From positions 1 through 32,000 of the forward strand of contig NC_015913.1 in the NCBI RefSeq assembly GCF_000270205.1: a DNA stretch of 32,000 nucleotides, read 5' to 3'. Each line of letters begins with the position of its first letter. Position 1 is the first letter of the stretch. This DNA is from Candidatus Arthromitus sp. SFB-mouse-Japan (GTDB lineage Bacteria; Bacillota; Clostridia; Clostridiales; Clostridiaceae). The notes beneath the pieces were generated by a model. The model saw only the letters and a program-made list of their open reading frames with translations. It had not been told where the DNA came from and did no database searches. The translations under genes and the position numbers were made by a program. Shown one piece after another: positions 10,727 to 19,779 of this stretch.

Positions 10727-12328
10727 ATGACTAAAAATATTAAAAAAGGAATTGTTTTAATATTAGTAGTATTTATTTTGGGGATTATTTCCATTTTGAT
10801 CAATTTAAATAGTTTAACTAAGAAAGTATATATGTATAATAATGGTATTATAGAGTTTGATAATGAAGAGTTCATAAAATTATACAATGATGATTTTAAT
10901 TATATAGGTTTAAGTAATAATAATTATCCCAATATAGGGTATTTGGATAAGAACAATTACTTTAAAGAAAATATAAATATTTTGGAAGTAGATTCCAGAA
11001 AAATTATATATATAGACCCATTCCAAGATTATATAAACGTTGAGGATCCGTATTTATACGGAGGTGTATATGTTTATAGTAATTATTATAATGAATTTAT
11101 ATTGGATTTTGATTTTACAAAGTACTATAAAGAATTGTCAAGTATAGATGGAGGTAAAAGTTTTGATTTATCAAACGAAGAGTCTGAAATTATTAAGAGT
11201 ATAGTTTTAGATAATGTTTATAATGAGATGAGTTATAATGGGATAAAGCAATATTTATCAGAATATTCCTATGATTTAAATATAAAACATAAAAAATATC
11301 CTGATATTTATTTAAAGTTAAGAATTTATAGAGATAAGAACGATAATTTAGTTCTTAGATTTAATGATAAAAATTACTATGTTAATGAATTCAAAGATAA
11401 TAGAGAAATAGATTTGAATACTCCTTATTATACATATAGAGGTGATGATTATGGATATTTATATAACAATATAATTAGTAATGAGGATCTAGAAAATTTT
11501 GCATTTCATGATTATATAATTGAAAATATGGATTCAAAGGTTTATGTAAATTATGTTAATGATGTATTTAGAATCATAAATAATGAGAAATTATCTATTA
11601 AGGATAAGATATCATTAATAAAACAAATTTTATATATAAAGTATAAGCCTACTAATAGAGAGGATTTTTCATTAAGGATTGAAAGAATAAAGAATTTAAA
11701 TATTGTAGGTGATAATAGAAAGACGTATAGGATAAATCATAAGTTTTTATTTGATATATTTAATTATCCAGCTAATGTGTATTCTTTAGCGTTTTATGAA
11801 GATGATCTTTTGTATAATATTCCCGAAAGATATAAGGAGCTTTATGAGAATTTTGTAAATATTATTATTAATGATTCTAATATTGAATATTTAAAAAAGA
11901 ATGATATGATAGTTGAACTTCAAAATCATTTGGTAGTAGTAGATGAGGAACAATTAAAATCATTAAGAGATAAGTATGGAGAAATTGAAGTCTTAGAAGA
12001 AAACAATGAGCGTATAAAATATGCACCAGGATATTATGGTTTTTTATATAGTGATATTAAAAATATTGATGATTTAAAAGAATTAGCTTTACATGAGGAA
12101 GTTTTGAATAATATTTTTAATGATTATTTCAAAAGTATTTATGTAAATAAGATTAATGATATAATAAATGGTGATACCAATTTAGATGAAAAATTAAAAA
12201 GTATTGTAGAATGCCAATTAAAGTTTACATTGATACCTATAAGCAAACAGAAATATTATCGAGAAATGTATAAAAATAATTATTTTAAGGAAAGCTATAT
12301 AAATAAATCCAAGGAAATTTTATCGTAA
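10727..12328 (+). CDS. Hypothetical membrane-anchored protein with an internal duplicated module (no family recognised)
   Basis: The ORF-track frame 10589-12328 overlaps serS. The ATG at 10727 follows the RBS AGGAGG (10715-10720). It gives MTKNIKKG followed by a hydrophobic helix IVLILVVFILGIISILINL. The result is 533 aa with strong N/Y/K/D bias. Confidence 0.7.
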   Translation: MTKNIKKGIVLILVVFILGIISILINLNSLTKKVYMYNNGIIEFDNEEFIKLYNDDFNYIGLSNNNYPNIGYLDKNNYFKENINILEVDSRKIIYIDPFQDYINVEDPYLYGGVYVYSNYYNEFILDFDFTKYYKELSSIDGGKSFDLSNEESEIIKSIVLDNVYNEMSYNGIKQYLSEYSYDLNIKHKKYPDIYLKLRIYRDKNDNLVLRFNDKNYYVNEFKDNREIDLNTPYYTYRGDDYGYLYNNIISNEDLENFAFHDYIIENMDSKVYVNYVNDVFRIINNEKLSIKDKISLIKQILYIKYKPTNREDFSLRIERIKNLNIVGDNRKTYRINHKFLFDIFNYPANVYSLAFYEDDLLYNIPERYKELYENFVNIIINDSNIEYLKKNDMIVELQNHLVVVDEEQLKSLRDKYGEIEVLEENNERIKYAPGYYGFLYSDIKNIDDLKELALHEEVLNNIFNDYFKSIYVNKINDIINGDTNLDEKLKSIVECQLKFTLIPISKQKYYREMYKNNYFKESYINKSKEILS

Positions 12329-12356
12329 AAAATAACTATTATATTACTAAAAAACA

Positions 12357-12385
12357 TTGACAAATATATTTGTTTGTAATATAAT
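12357..12385 (+). promoter_or_regulatory. Sigma-A type promoter for the two tRNA-Ser genes
   Basis: TTGACA (12357-12362), exact 17-nt spacer, TATAAT (12380-12385). It lies 14 nt upstream of the first tRNA. Confidence 0.6.
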
Positions 12386-12399
12386 AGCTATGAACTAAT

Positions 12400-12490
12400 G
12401 GAGAGATGGTCGAGTGGTTTAAGGCACCGGTCTTGAAAACCGGCGTGCGTTGATAGCGTACCGTGGGTTCGAATCCCACTCTCTCCGCCA
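12400..12490 (+). tRNA. tRNA-Ser (anticodon TGA)
   Basis: 91-nt class II tRNA with a long variable arm. Acceptor GGAGAGA/TCTCTCC, anticodon stem CCGGT/ACCGG with loop CTTGAAA, T-loop TTCGAAT, encoded GCCA end. Confidence 0.95.
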
Positions 12491-12498
12491 TTGTTTTT

Positions 12499-12589
12499 GG
12501 AGAAATACTCAAGAGGCTAAAGAGGCACCCCTGCTAAGGGTGTAGATCAGGAAACTGGTGCGAGGGTTCGAATCCCTCTTTCTCCGCCA
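12499..12589 (+). tRNA. tRNA-Ser (anticodon GCT)
   Basis: 91-nt class II tRNA with a long variable arm. Acceptor GGAGAAA/TTTCTCC, anticodon stem CACCC/GGGTG with loop CTGCTAA, encoded CCA. Confidence 0.95.
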
Positions 12590-12623
12590 AAAGGTGCTAT
12601 TTATATTATAGCACCTTTTTTGT
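12590..12623 (+). terminator. Intrinsic terminator after the tRNA-Ser pair
   Basis: Stem AAGGTGCTAT (12591-12600) / ATAGCACCTT (12608-12617) with a 7-nt loop, followed by a T-run. Confidence 0.75.
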
Positions 12624-12802
12624 ATTTTATTTTAAAAAGTGTATTTAGCATATACTATCAAATAAAATTAATGTATTAATGTCTTTATGTAATATTTTCA
12701 TATAGACATTTTTGTTTTTATAGGTAAAGTATATTTTTTTATATGAATTTTAATAATTGAGTATTTTGAGTTTTTATCAAATTATATTTGGGGAGAGTAA
12801 AA

Positions 12803-15800
12803 TTGAAATTTAAATTTATATTTGGGAAAAAAGGTTATGGAAAAACACAGTATATATTGAATGAAATAAAGAATGAAATGAAAAATGTTAATGATCATAG
12901 AATTTTAATTATAGTTCCTAGTCATAACACTTTTATGATGGAAAATAGGATACTTGAGTATTTAGGAGAAAATGCACTGTCAAAGCTTGAGATAATGGAT
13001 TTTAAGAAATTCACGTTTAAGTTATTAAATATATTTAAGGGAAAAACAAAAAATAGGATATCGAATATAGGTAAGTCATTGTTAGTTAATTATTTGATTA
13101 GGAATAATTATGGTAAGTTTTTATATTTTAAAGATAATAATAACATTGATTTGTCTGATGAAATATTATCAATGTTAATAGATTTTAAGAATTATAATAT
13201 AGATAATAATTGTATTAATTGTATATTAAATGCTATTAATCCTAATACGGAGTTATATAGTAAGATTAGTGATTTGATGTATATAAATAATTTATATAAT
13301 GATTATATAGATAATAATTATTTAGATTCTTTAGATGATATGAGAATAGCAAATGATATTATACAAAAAAATAAGGATCTATTTAATTCTTATAATATTT
13401 ATATAGATGGGTTCGATATATTTACATATTATCAATATGAGTTTTTAAATATAATTATTGATAGGTCAAATAAATTAGTTGTATCTCTTACAATAGATGA
13501 GTTATCAAATAGTATTATTTATAACGATATTATTAAAATAAAGAATAGAGTTCTAACATTACTTTTCAACAAAGATTGTTACGATATTGAAGAAGTATAT
13601 TTAAATGATGTACATAAAAGCGATGAACTTAAATATTTAGATAGAAATTATTTGAAATATAATGTTAGACCTTATCCTTATGAGGTTAAGAATATATTTT
13701 TAAATAAATGTTTAAATAACTTTTATGAGGTTGAAGAATTATGTAAAAAAATTAGATATTTAGTTATAAATATAGGATATAGGTATAAAGATATAGGGGT
13801 TATATGTAGGGATATTGATTCATACGAGAATTTTATAAGAGTTTCTTTTGATGAATTTAATATTCCTTATTTTATAGATAAAAAAAATGAGATAACATCA
13901 AATATGTTTAGTATTTTTATATTTTCTATATTTGAAATTTTTGATAATAATTTTTCTAATAATGCTTTATTTAAGTATATAAAGAGTGGACTTTTAGATT
14001 TAGATGATGATGAAATATTTTTAATTGAAAATTTTTCGTTGGAAAATGGTATATCAAAATATAAATGGAAAACTGATTTTATAGATGAGTATTATATAAG
14101 ATACAAAATAGAAAGAGGAAATGAAGATAACATTGATATAAACAAAATAAATGCTATACGAAGAATTATTATAGATCCATTAATGGCCTTATTTAATAAG
14201 GTAAAAGGGAAAAATAGTGTAAATTATTTTATTAAAGAGTTATATAATTTTTTAAAAGATTTTGGTTTCTTAGATAAAATACAATATATATGTGAATCAC
14301 TTAAATTAAGAAATGATTTTATTAATGCTAATGAAATAGTTCAAATTGTAGATAATATTTTTAATGTTTTAGATGAGATAAATGATATATTTAGGAATGA
14401 GATGTTAAGTTTTTCTGAGTTCGGAAAAATTCTGATAAATAGTATATCAAAAATTGAAATATCCCATGTACCTATGAGGATGGATGAAATATTAATAGGG
14501 GATATTGAAAGATTAAAGATAGGTAACTATAAGGTATTATTTGTTATAGGGTGTAACTCTATAAATTTTCCTAAAATTTATAAAAAAGAGGATTTAATAA
14601 ATGACTTAGAAAAGAATTATATAAGGAATTTAGGATTTGAATTTTCAGGTACAAATATTGATAAGAATTTATCTGAAAATTATCTTATATATTCTCTATT
14701 AAATATACCTAAGGAGAGTTTATATATTAGTTATTCTATATCAAATATGGATAGTAGATCTATGAATCCATCGATTTTAATATCTAGAATTAAGAAAATA
14801 TTTCCTAAAGTAATTGAAGATAACAAAACTATTATAAAAACTGAATTTTCAATAGATAATATATATTCTATGAATAGTACGTTAAGTAGTTTTATATTGG
14901 ATTTTAAAAATTGTATTTTAAATAATAAATTATCTAAGATTCATACGGAGTTATATAATTTTTATAAAAATAATGATAAATTTAAGGATTTTATATCTAT
15001 ATTTTTAATGAGAATAAGAGGTAAGAATTATAAAGATTTACTTGATTTGGATATGTTAAATTATATATATAAAGATACAAAATTTTCTATATCATCAGTA
15101 GAAACTTATTCTAAGTGTCCATTCAAGTATTTTTTAGATTATATAATAAAAGTAAGGATTAGAAGGATATTTTCTTTTGAATCTTATGATTATGGTAACA
15201 TAGTTCATTTTTTAATGGAGAATATATGTAAGAATATAATAAAATATTATAATTTTAGGAATTTATCTAAAGATGAAATTGATAAATTTACCTTAGATTA
15301 TTTTAATAATATAATTTTTTCTTATGATAATGGGAGTTATATTTTAAATAATAATTTTAAATTTAGAACTTTTGGGAAAAAAGTGAGGAAGATTATAAGT
15401 GATGCAATATTTTTTACTTGTAAGCACTTAGGAAATACAGAATTTTTTCATAAATATTATGAATTTGAATTTGGAAAAAATAGTTCTAAAATAGAATTAA
15501 TTTTAAATGATGGTAGAAGGGCTTCTTTTGTTGGGAAAGTTGATCGCATTGATTTTTGTAAGAGTAATGATGAGATGTTTATAAATGTTATTGATTATAA
15601 ATCAAGTATTCATGATATAGATTATGGTAAAATTTATAATGTTTTAAATATACAAACAATTGCGTATATGGATTATATTATAAGATTATATAGAGATAAT
15701 TATAATATTGATCTAAATCCTTGTGGTATTTTTTATTTTACTATAAGTAAACCTATAATTAAGAATAAGAAGAATATAGATTTGATAAAAGAAACTGAGA

Positions 15801-16198
15801 AGTATTACAGATATAGTGGATTTATTATTAATGATATTAAAAAGATTAATCTTATCGATAAAAATATTTTAAATAATGGAAATGGAAGCAGTATATCTTT
15901 AAAAATAAATAAAGATGGAGAAATATCTAAGGTTAATTCTCTAGAGAGTATTTTATCTGAAAATGAATTTAGTGATATATTAGAATTTGTACACGAATCT
16001 GTTAAGGATAAAATTATGGAAATTTATGATGGAAATATAGAGGTATGTCCTGTATTAGATGATATTAATCAATCGAGATGTAGTTATTGCAATTATGTAG
16101 GAATATGTAAATTTACAAAGAAAACAAATAAATTTAGGATTATTAATGAATTAGATAAAGATTTATTTTTTAATTTAATACGAAAGGGAAATAATTAG
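12803..16198 (+). CDS. addB: ATP-dependent helicase/deoxyribonuclease subunit B (AddB/RexB)
   Basis: The open frame starts at 12788 (TTG). The TTG at 12803 sits 7 nt after the RBS GGGGAGAG and gives MKFKFIFGKKGYGKT, the Walker A expected at an AddB N-terminus. C-terminal RecB-type nuclease VGKVDRIDF...VIDYKS. Four Fe-S Cys residues (YSKCPFKYF and CSYCNYVGIC). The stop overlaps the addA start. Confidence 0.9.
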   Translation: MKFKFIFGKKGYGKTQYILNEIKNEMKNVNDHRILIIVPSHNTFMMENRILEYLGENALSKLEIMDFKKFTFKLLNIFKGKTKNRISNIGKSLLVNYLIRNNYGKFLYFKDNNNIDLSDEILSMLIDFKNYNIDNNCINCILNAINPNTELYSKISDLMYINNLYNDYIDNNYLDSLDDMRIANDIIQKNKDLFNSYNIYIDGFDIFTYYQYEFLNIIIDRSNKLVVSLTIDELSNSIIYNDIIKIKNRVLTLLFNKDCYDIEEVYLNDVHKSDELKYLDRNYLKYNVRPYPYEVKNIFLNKCLNNFYEVEELCKKIRYLVINIGYRYKDIGVICRDIDSYENFIRVSFDEFNIPYFIDKKNEITSNMFSIFIFSIFEIFDNNFSNNALFKYIKSGLLDLDDDEIFLIENFSLENGISKYKWKTDFIDEYYIRYKIERGNEDNIDINKINAIRRIIIDPLMALFNKVKGKNSVNYFIKELYNFLKDFGFLDKIQYICESLKLRNDFINANEIVQIVDNIFNVLDEINDIFRNEMLSFSEFGKILINSISKIEISHVPMRMDEILIGDIERLKIGNYKVLFVIGCNSINFPKIYKKEDLINDLEKNYIRNLGFEFSGTNIDKNLSENYLIYSLLNIPKESLYISYSISNMDSRSMNPSILISRIKKIFPKVIEDNKTIIKTEFSIDNIYSMNSTLSSFILDFKNCILNNKLSKIHTELYNFYKNNDKFKDFISIFLMRIRGKNYKDLLDLDMLNYIYKDTKFSISSVETYSKCPFKYFLDYIIKVRIRRIFSFESYDYGNIVHFLMENICKNIIKYYNFRNLSKDEIDKFTLDYFNNIIFSYDNGSYILNNNFKFRTFGKKVRKIISDAIFFTCKHLGNTEFFHKYYEFEFGKNSSKIELILNDGRRASFVGKVDRIDFCKSNDEMFINVIDYKSSIHDIDYGKIYNVLNIQTIAYMDYIIRLYRDNYNIDLNPCGIFYFTISKPIIKNKKNIDLIKETEKYYRYSGFIINDIKKINLIDKNILNNGNGSSISLKINKDGEISKVNSLESILSENEFSDILEFVHESVKDKIMEIYDGNIEVCPVLDDINQSRCSYCNYVGICKFTKKTNKFRIINELDKDLFFNLIRKGNN

Positions 16199-19100
16199 TG
16201 GATTTTAGTAAGAATCAGAAAAATGTTATTGAATTAATTAACGGAGATTTGCTCGTATCGGCTTCAGCTGGATCAGGAAAAACAGCAGTTTTAGTTCAGC
16301 GTATAATAAATTTAATATTGAATTATTGTGTATCTATAAATGAAATATTAGTAATTACATTTACAAATGCTGCAGCAGTTGAAATGAAAGAGAGAATTGT
16401 AAAAGCATTAGAAGATAACATTAATGATATAAACAAACATATTTTAGAAGAGCAATTAATGTTAGTAAGTAATTCTAATATTCAAACCTTTCATTCTTTT
16501 TGTTTGGATATTTTAAAAAATAATTATTATAAATTAAATTTGGGATCTAATTTTAAAATAATTAAGGATAGTCATAGAAAGATGCTAATTGGTGATGCAC
16601 TTGATGATACATTTAATTTTTATTATGAAAATGAGGATGAGGATTTTTTGACTATAGTAAATATTTATGGAGGAAAATATTCAGATGTAAAATTAAGGGA
16701 GATAATTGTATATATTTATGAATTTATACAAAATATAGTTGATATTGATGGATTTATAGAAAAAAGTACAGATATTTACATAATAAAAGATAATGATGAT
16801 ATATTTTCAACCAAATTAGGTAAGGTATTACGGTTACGATTAATAAATAAATTTACATTGTATAAAAAAAAGTTAATTGATTTTTTATTGGGAATTAGTA
16901 ATAATAAAAAGGTTTATAGTATTATAGAGAATGATATATTTATAATTAATTCATTTATAAAACGATTAAATAATTCTTATGAAGATGTATATGAGTATAT
17001 TTATAGTTTTAATTTTTTGAGATTATCAAAATTATGTGATGATTATAAAGAAATAAGGAGTGGATTAAAAGATTTTATAGACTCTTTAAAGAAAAACATA
17101 TTTATTGTAAGTGAAAATATATTAAAGTTGCAAATTGGTGATTTGAAAAATATTGTTATTAAATTATTTGAGATTGTATGTAAATTTAAGGAGAAATTTG
17201 AATTAGGAAAATTATCAGAAAACTATGTAGATTTTAATGATATGGAACACTTAGTAATTAAACTCTTGAATGATACCAGGATATGTGATAATTATAGAAA
17301 TAAATTCAAATATATTTTTATAGATGAATATCAAGATACTAATTACATACAAGAATATATAATAAATAAAATAAAGAATAATTATAATGTATTTATGGTC
17401 GGCGACATTAAGCAGAGTATTTATGGTTTTAGAGGTGCAAAAGTAGATTTATTTAGTAAAAAATACAAGAATTTTAAAAAAGTAGATGATATAACTTTTG
17501 TAGAAGGAAATGAGAATAAGATATTATTATATGATAATTATAGGAGTAGGAATGAAGTAATTAGTTTTGTTAATTTTATATTTGAGAATATTATGATAGA
17601 TGGAATATCTAATATAGAATATACACCTGAGGAATATTTAAATTGTGCAAGTGACTATAAAGTGATTAAAAATAATAATGAAAATTGTGAAGGAGAGGTT
17701 ACTCTTTCAATTATAATAAATGATGAAAAAAATTCAGATATTATTAATGAAATGGAGGATGTGGAGTGTAGCTTAATTATTGAATATATAAATAAGCTTA
17801 TTAATTCTGAAGATACAATATATAAAATTTATGATAAAAGTATTAATGGATATAGGAAAATTGAATATAAGGATATTGTTATTTTAGTAAGGAATGTAAA
17901 TGGTGCATGTATATCAAAATTATTACATGAAGAGCTTGAGAAAAACAATATACCATCATATTTTGATGGAGGGGATCAATTTTTTGATTGTATTGAGGTA
18001 ATCACAATATTAAGTTTACTTAAAGTTATTAATAATCCTACTGATGATGTTGATATACTTACAGTTCTTAAAAGTGAAATATTTAATTTTTCAAATAATG
18101 ATTTAGCATATATAAGAATTGTAAATAATGATGAGTACATATATAAAAATATTAAGTATATTTTGAATTTAAATTGTTGTGTAGAAAATAGAGTGTTTTT
18201 AAATGATGAATTTTCAATAACCTATGACAGGTTTAAAATTCTTTATGATAAGTGTATGTTTTTTGTAGAGAAGATAAATGAATATAGGGAAAAGTCATTG
18301 TTTATGAAAATTGATGAGTTTATTTGGTTTATATATAAGGATAGTAAATATTATTTTTTACTGTCAACTATGGAAGATGGATTAACTAAGCAGAGTAATT
18401 TAAGAATTATATTTAATAAGGCAAAGGAGTTTAGGGTTGCTAGTTTTTCAGGATTATTTAATTTTATAGAGTATTTGAAGTATTCAAAGAAATTTGGAGA
18501 TGATATATTAGTCCCTAAAAATATATCTGAGAATGAAAATGTAGTACGTATAATGAGTATACACAAAAGTAAAGGACTTGAATTTCCAGTAGTAATACTT
18601 TGTAATACATCAGGTAGATTTAATTTTAAGGATTTGAATAATTCTATAATATTGCATGATGAGTTTGGTATTGGATTAAATCACATAGATTACAATTTGA
18701 ATTTAGAAACAGATATGTTTATTAAAAATATTATTAAAGAAGATCATAAAGACAATATTATTTCAGAAGAACTTAGAATACTATATGTGGCTTTAACAAG
18801 AGCTAAGGAGAAATTATTTATAACAGGTACATACAATTCGGATAAAGATTTTCAAAGAGTAGCTGATATTTATAAATGTAAGAGTTATTTGGATTTTTTG
18901 TGTAATTCACTTATGAAACATAGAGATGGATATATTCTTAGAGAATATAAAGGTGAAAATGGATTACACAATGATTTAAATAAGTGTGAGTTTAAAATTA
19001 ATGTATATAATAAATCAGATTTTTTAAAGGGTGAGAAACATGATAGTGAAAATGATGATATAAATTTAGAAAGTATTATGGAGAGAGAATCCTCAAGTTA

Positions 19101-19779
19101 TAATCATATAAATGATATTTTTAATTTTAAGTATGATTATGATGATGTGATTAATATGCCGATTAATTTATCTGTATCTGAGATATTATCTTATGATGAG
19201 GAAGAGAAATTAAATATAAATTTTAAGGTTCCTAAATTTATTGATGATAGCAAAAATGAAAAGTTGTACACAGCTTTAGATATAGGTAATTTATATCATT
19301 TTTTTATGCAAAATATAGTTTTAGGACCAAGTATGGTTTATGATTATTTAGAAAGTGAGCTAAATCGTATGGTTAAATGCGAGATGCTTTCTAATGATGA
19401 TATTAAGTATTTGAATTTAAATAAGATATTAAAATTTTTTGAAAGTAATTTAGGTAAGAGAGTTATAGAGTGTTTTAATAAGGATAGAAGAAAAGTTTAT
19501 AGGGAATTTGAGTTTTTGATGAATCATAGGGTAGATAAGATAAATAAAAATAATGATTTGAGAATTCAAGGAATAATTGATTTGTTTTTCTTTGATGGAG
19601 ATAACATAGTTTTAATAGATTATAAAACAGACAAGCATATATTTAATAATAAAGTTATTCCTAATAAGTATAAAGAACAACTTTATTATTATAAGATTGC
19701 TCTGAATAAAATATTTAATTTAGACATTTCTGAGAGTTATATTTATTCTTTTGAGAATAATAAAGCTTTTATGGTTTGA
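16198..19779 (+). CDS. addA: ATP-dependent helicase/nuclease subunit A (AddA/RexA)
   Basis: 1193-aa ORF with a GTG start overlapping the addB TAG (TAGTG). UvrD/Rep motifs ASAGSGKT, FIDEYQDTN, IMSIHKSKGLEFPVV and YVALTRAKEKL. C-terminal nuclease GIIDLFF...VLIDYKTD. Confidence 0.94.
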   Translation: MDFSKNQKNVIELINGDLLVSASAGSGKTAVLVQRIINLILNYCVSINEILVITFTNAAAVEMKERIVKALEDNINDINKHILEEQLMLVSNSNIQTFHSFCLDILKNNYYKLNLGSNFKIIKDSHRKMLIGDALDDTFNFYYENEDEDFLTIVNIYGGKYSDVKLREIIVYIYEFIQNIVDIDGFIEKSTDIYIIKDNDDIFSTKLGKVLRLRLINKFTLYKKKLIDFLLGISNNKKVYSIIENDIFIINSFIKRLNNSYEDVYEYIYSFNFLRLSKLCDDYKEIRSGLKDFIDSLKKNIFIVSENILKLQIGDLKNIVIKLFEIVCKFKEKFELGKLSENYVDFNDMEHLVIKLLNDTRICDNYRNKFKYIFIDEYQDTNYIQEYIINKIKNNYNVFMVGDIKQSIYGFRGAKVDLFSKKYKNFKKVDDITFVEGNENKILLYDNYRSRNEVISFVNFIFENIMIDGISNIEYTPEEYLNCASDYKVIKNNNENCEGEVTLSIIINDEKNSDIINEMEDVECSLIIEYINKLINSEDTIYKIYDKSINGYRKIEYKDIVILVRNVNGACISKLLHEELEKNNIPSYFDGGDQFFDCIEVITILSLLKVINNPTDDVDILTVLKSEIFNFSNNDLAYIRIVNNDEYIYKNIKYILNLNCCVENRVFLNDEFSITYDRFKILYDKCMFFVEKINEYREKSLFMKIDEFIWFIYKDSKYYFLLSTMEDGLTKQSNLRIIFNKAKEFRVASFSGLFNFIEYLKYSKKFGDDILVPKNISENENVVRIMSIHKSKGLEFPVVILCNTSGRFNFKDLNNSIILHDEFGIGLNHIDYNLNLETDMFIKNIIKEDHKDNIISEELRILYVALTRAKEKLFITGTYNSDKDFQRVADIYKCKSYLDFLCNSLMKHRDGYILREYKGENGLHNDLNKCEFKINVYNKSDFLKGEKHDSENDDINLESIMERESSSYNHINDIFNFKYDYDDVINMPINLSVSEILSYDEEEKLNINFKVPKFIDDSKNEKLYTALDIGNLYHFFMQNIVLGPSMVYDYLESELNRMVKCEMLSNDDIKYLNLNKILKFFESNLGKRVIECFNKDRRKVYREFEFLMNHRVDKINKNNDLRIQGIIDLFFFDGDNIVLIDYKTDKHIFNNKVIPNKYKEQLYYYKIALNKIFNLDISESYIYSFENNKAFMV

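Noticed and set aside
12678-12710. Imperfect inverted repeat AATGTCTTTATG / CATATAGACATT upstream of addB, considered as an operator or SOS box.
   Set aside because: It has one mismatch in 12-bp arms and is made purely of AT-rich sequence. It does not resemble the Firmicute LexA (Cheo) box CGAAC-N4-GTTCG. It may be a weak hairpin only.
12788-12802. TTG at 12788 as the addB start.
   Set aside because: It would place the RBS-like GGGGAGAG inside the coding region. The TTG at 12803 is correctly spaced from that RBS and gives an N-terminus typical of AddB. The earlier start cannot be fully excluded.
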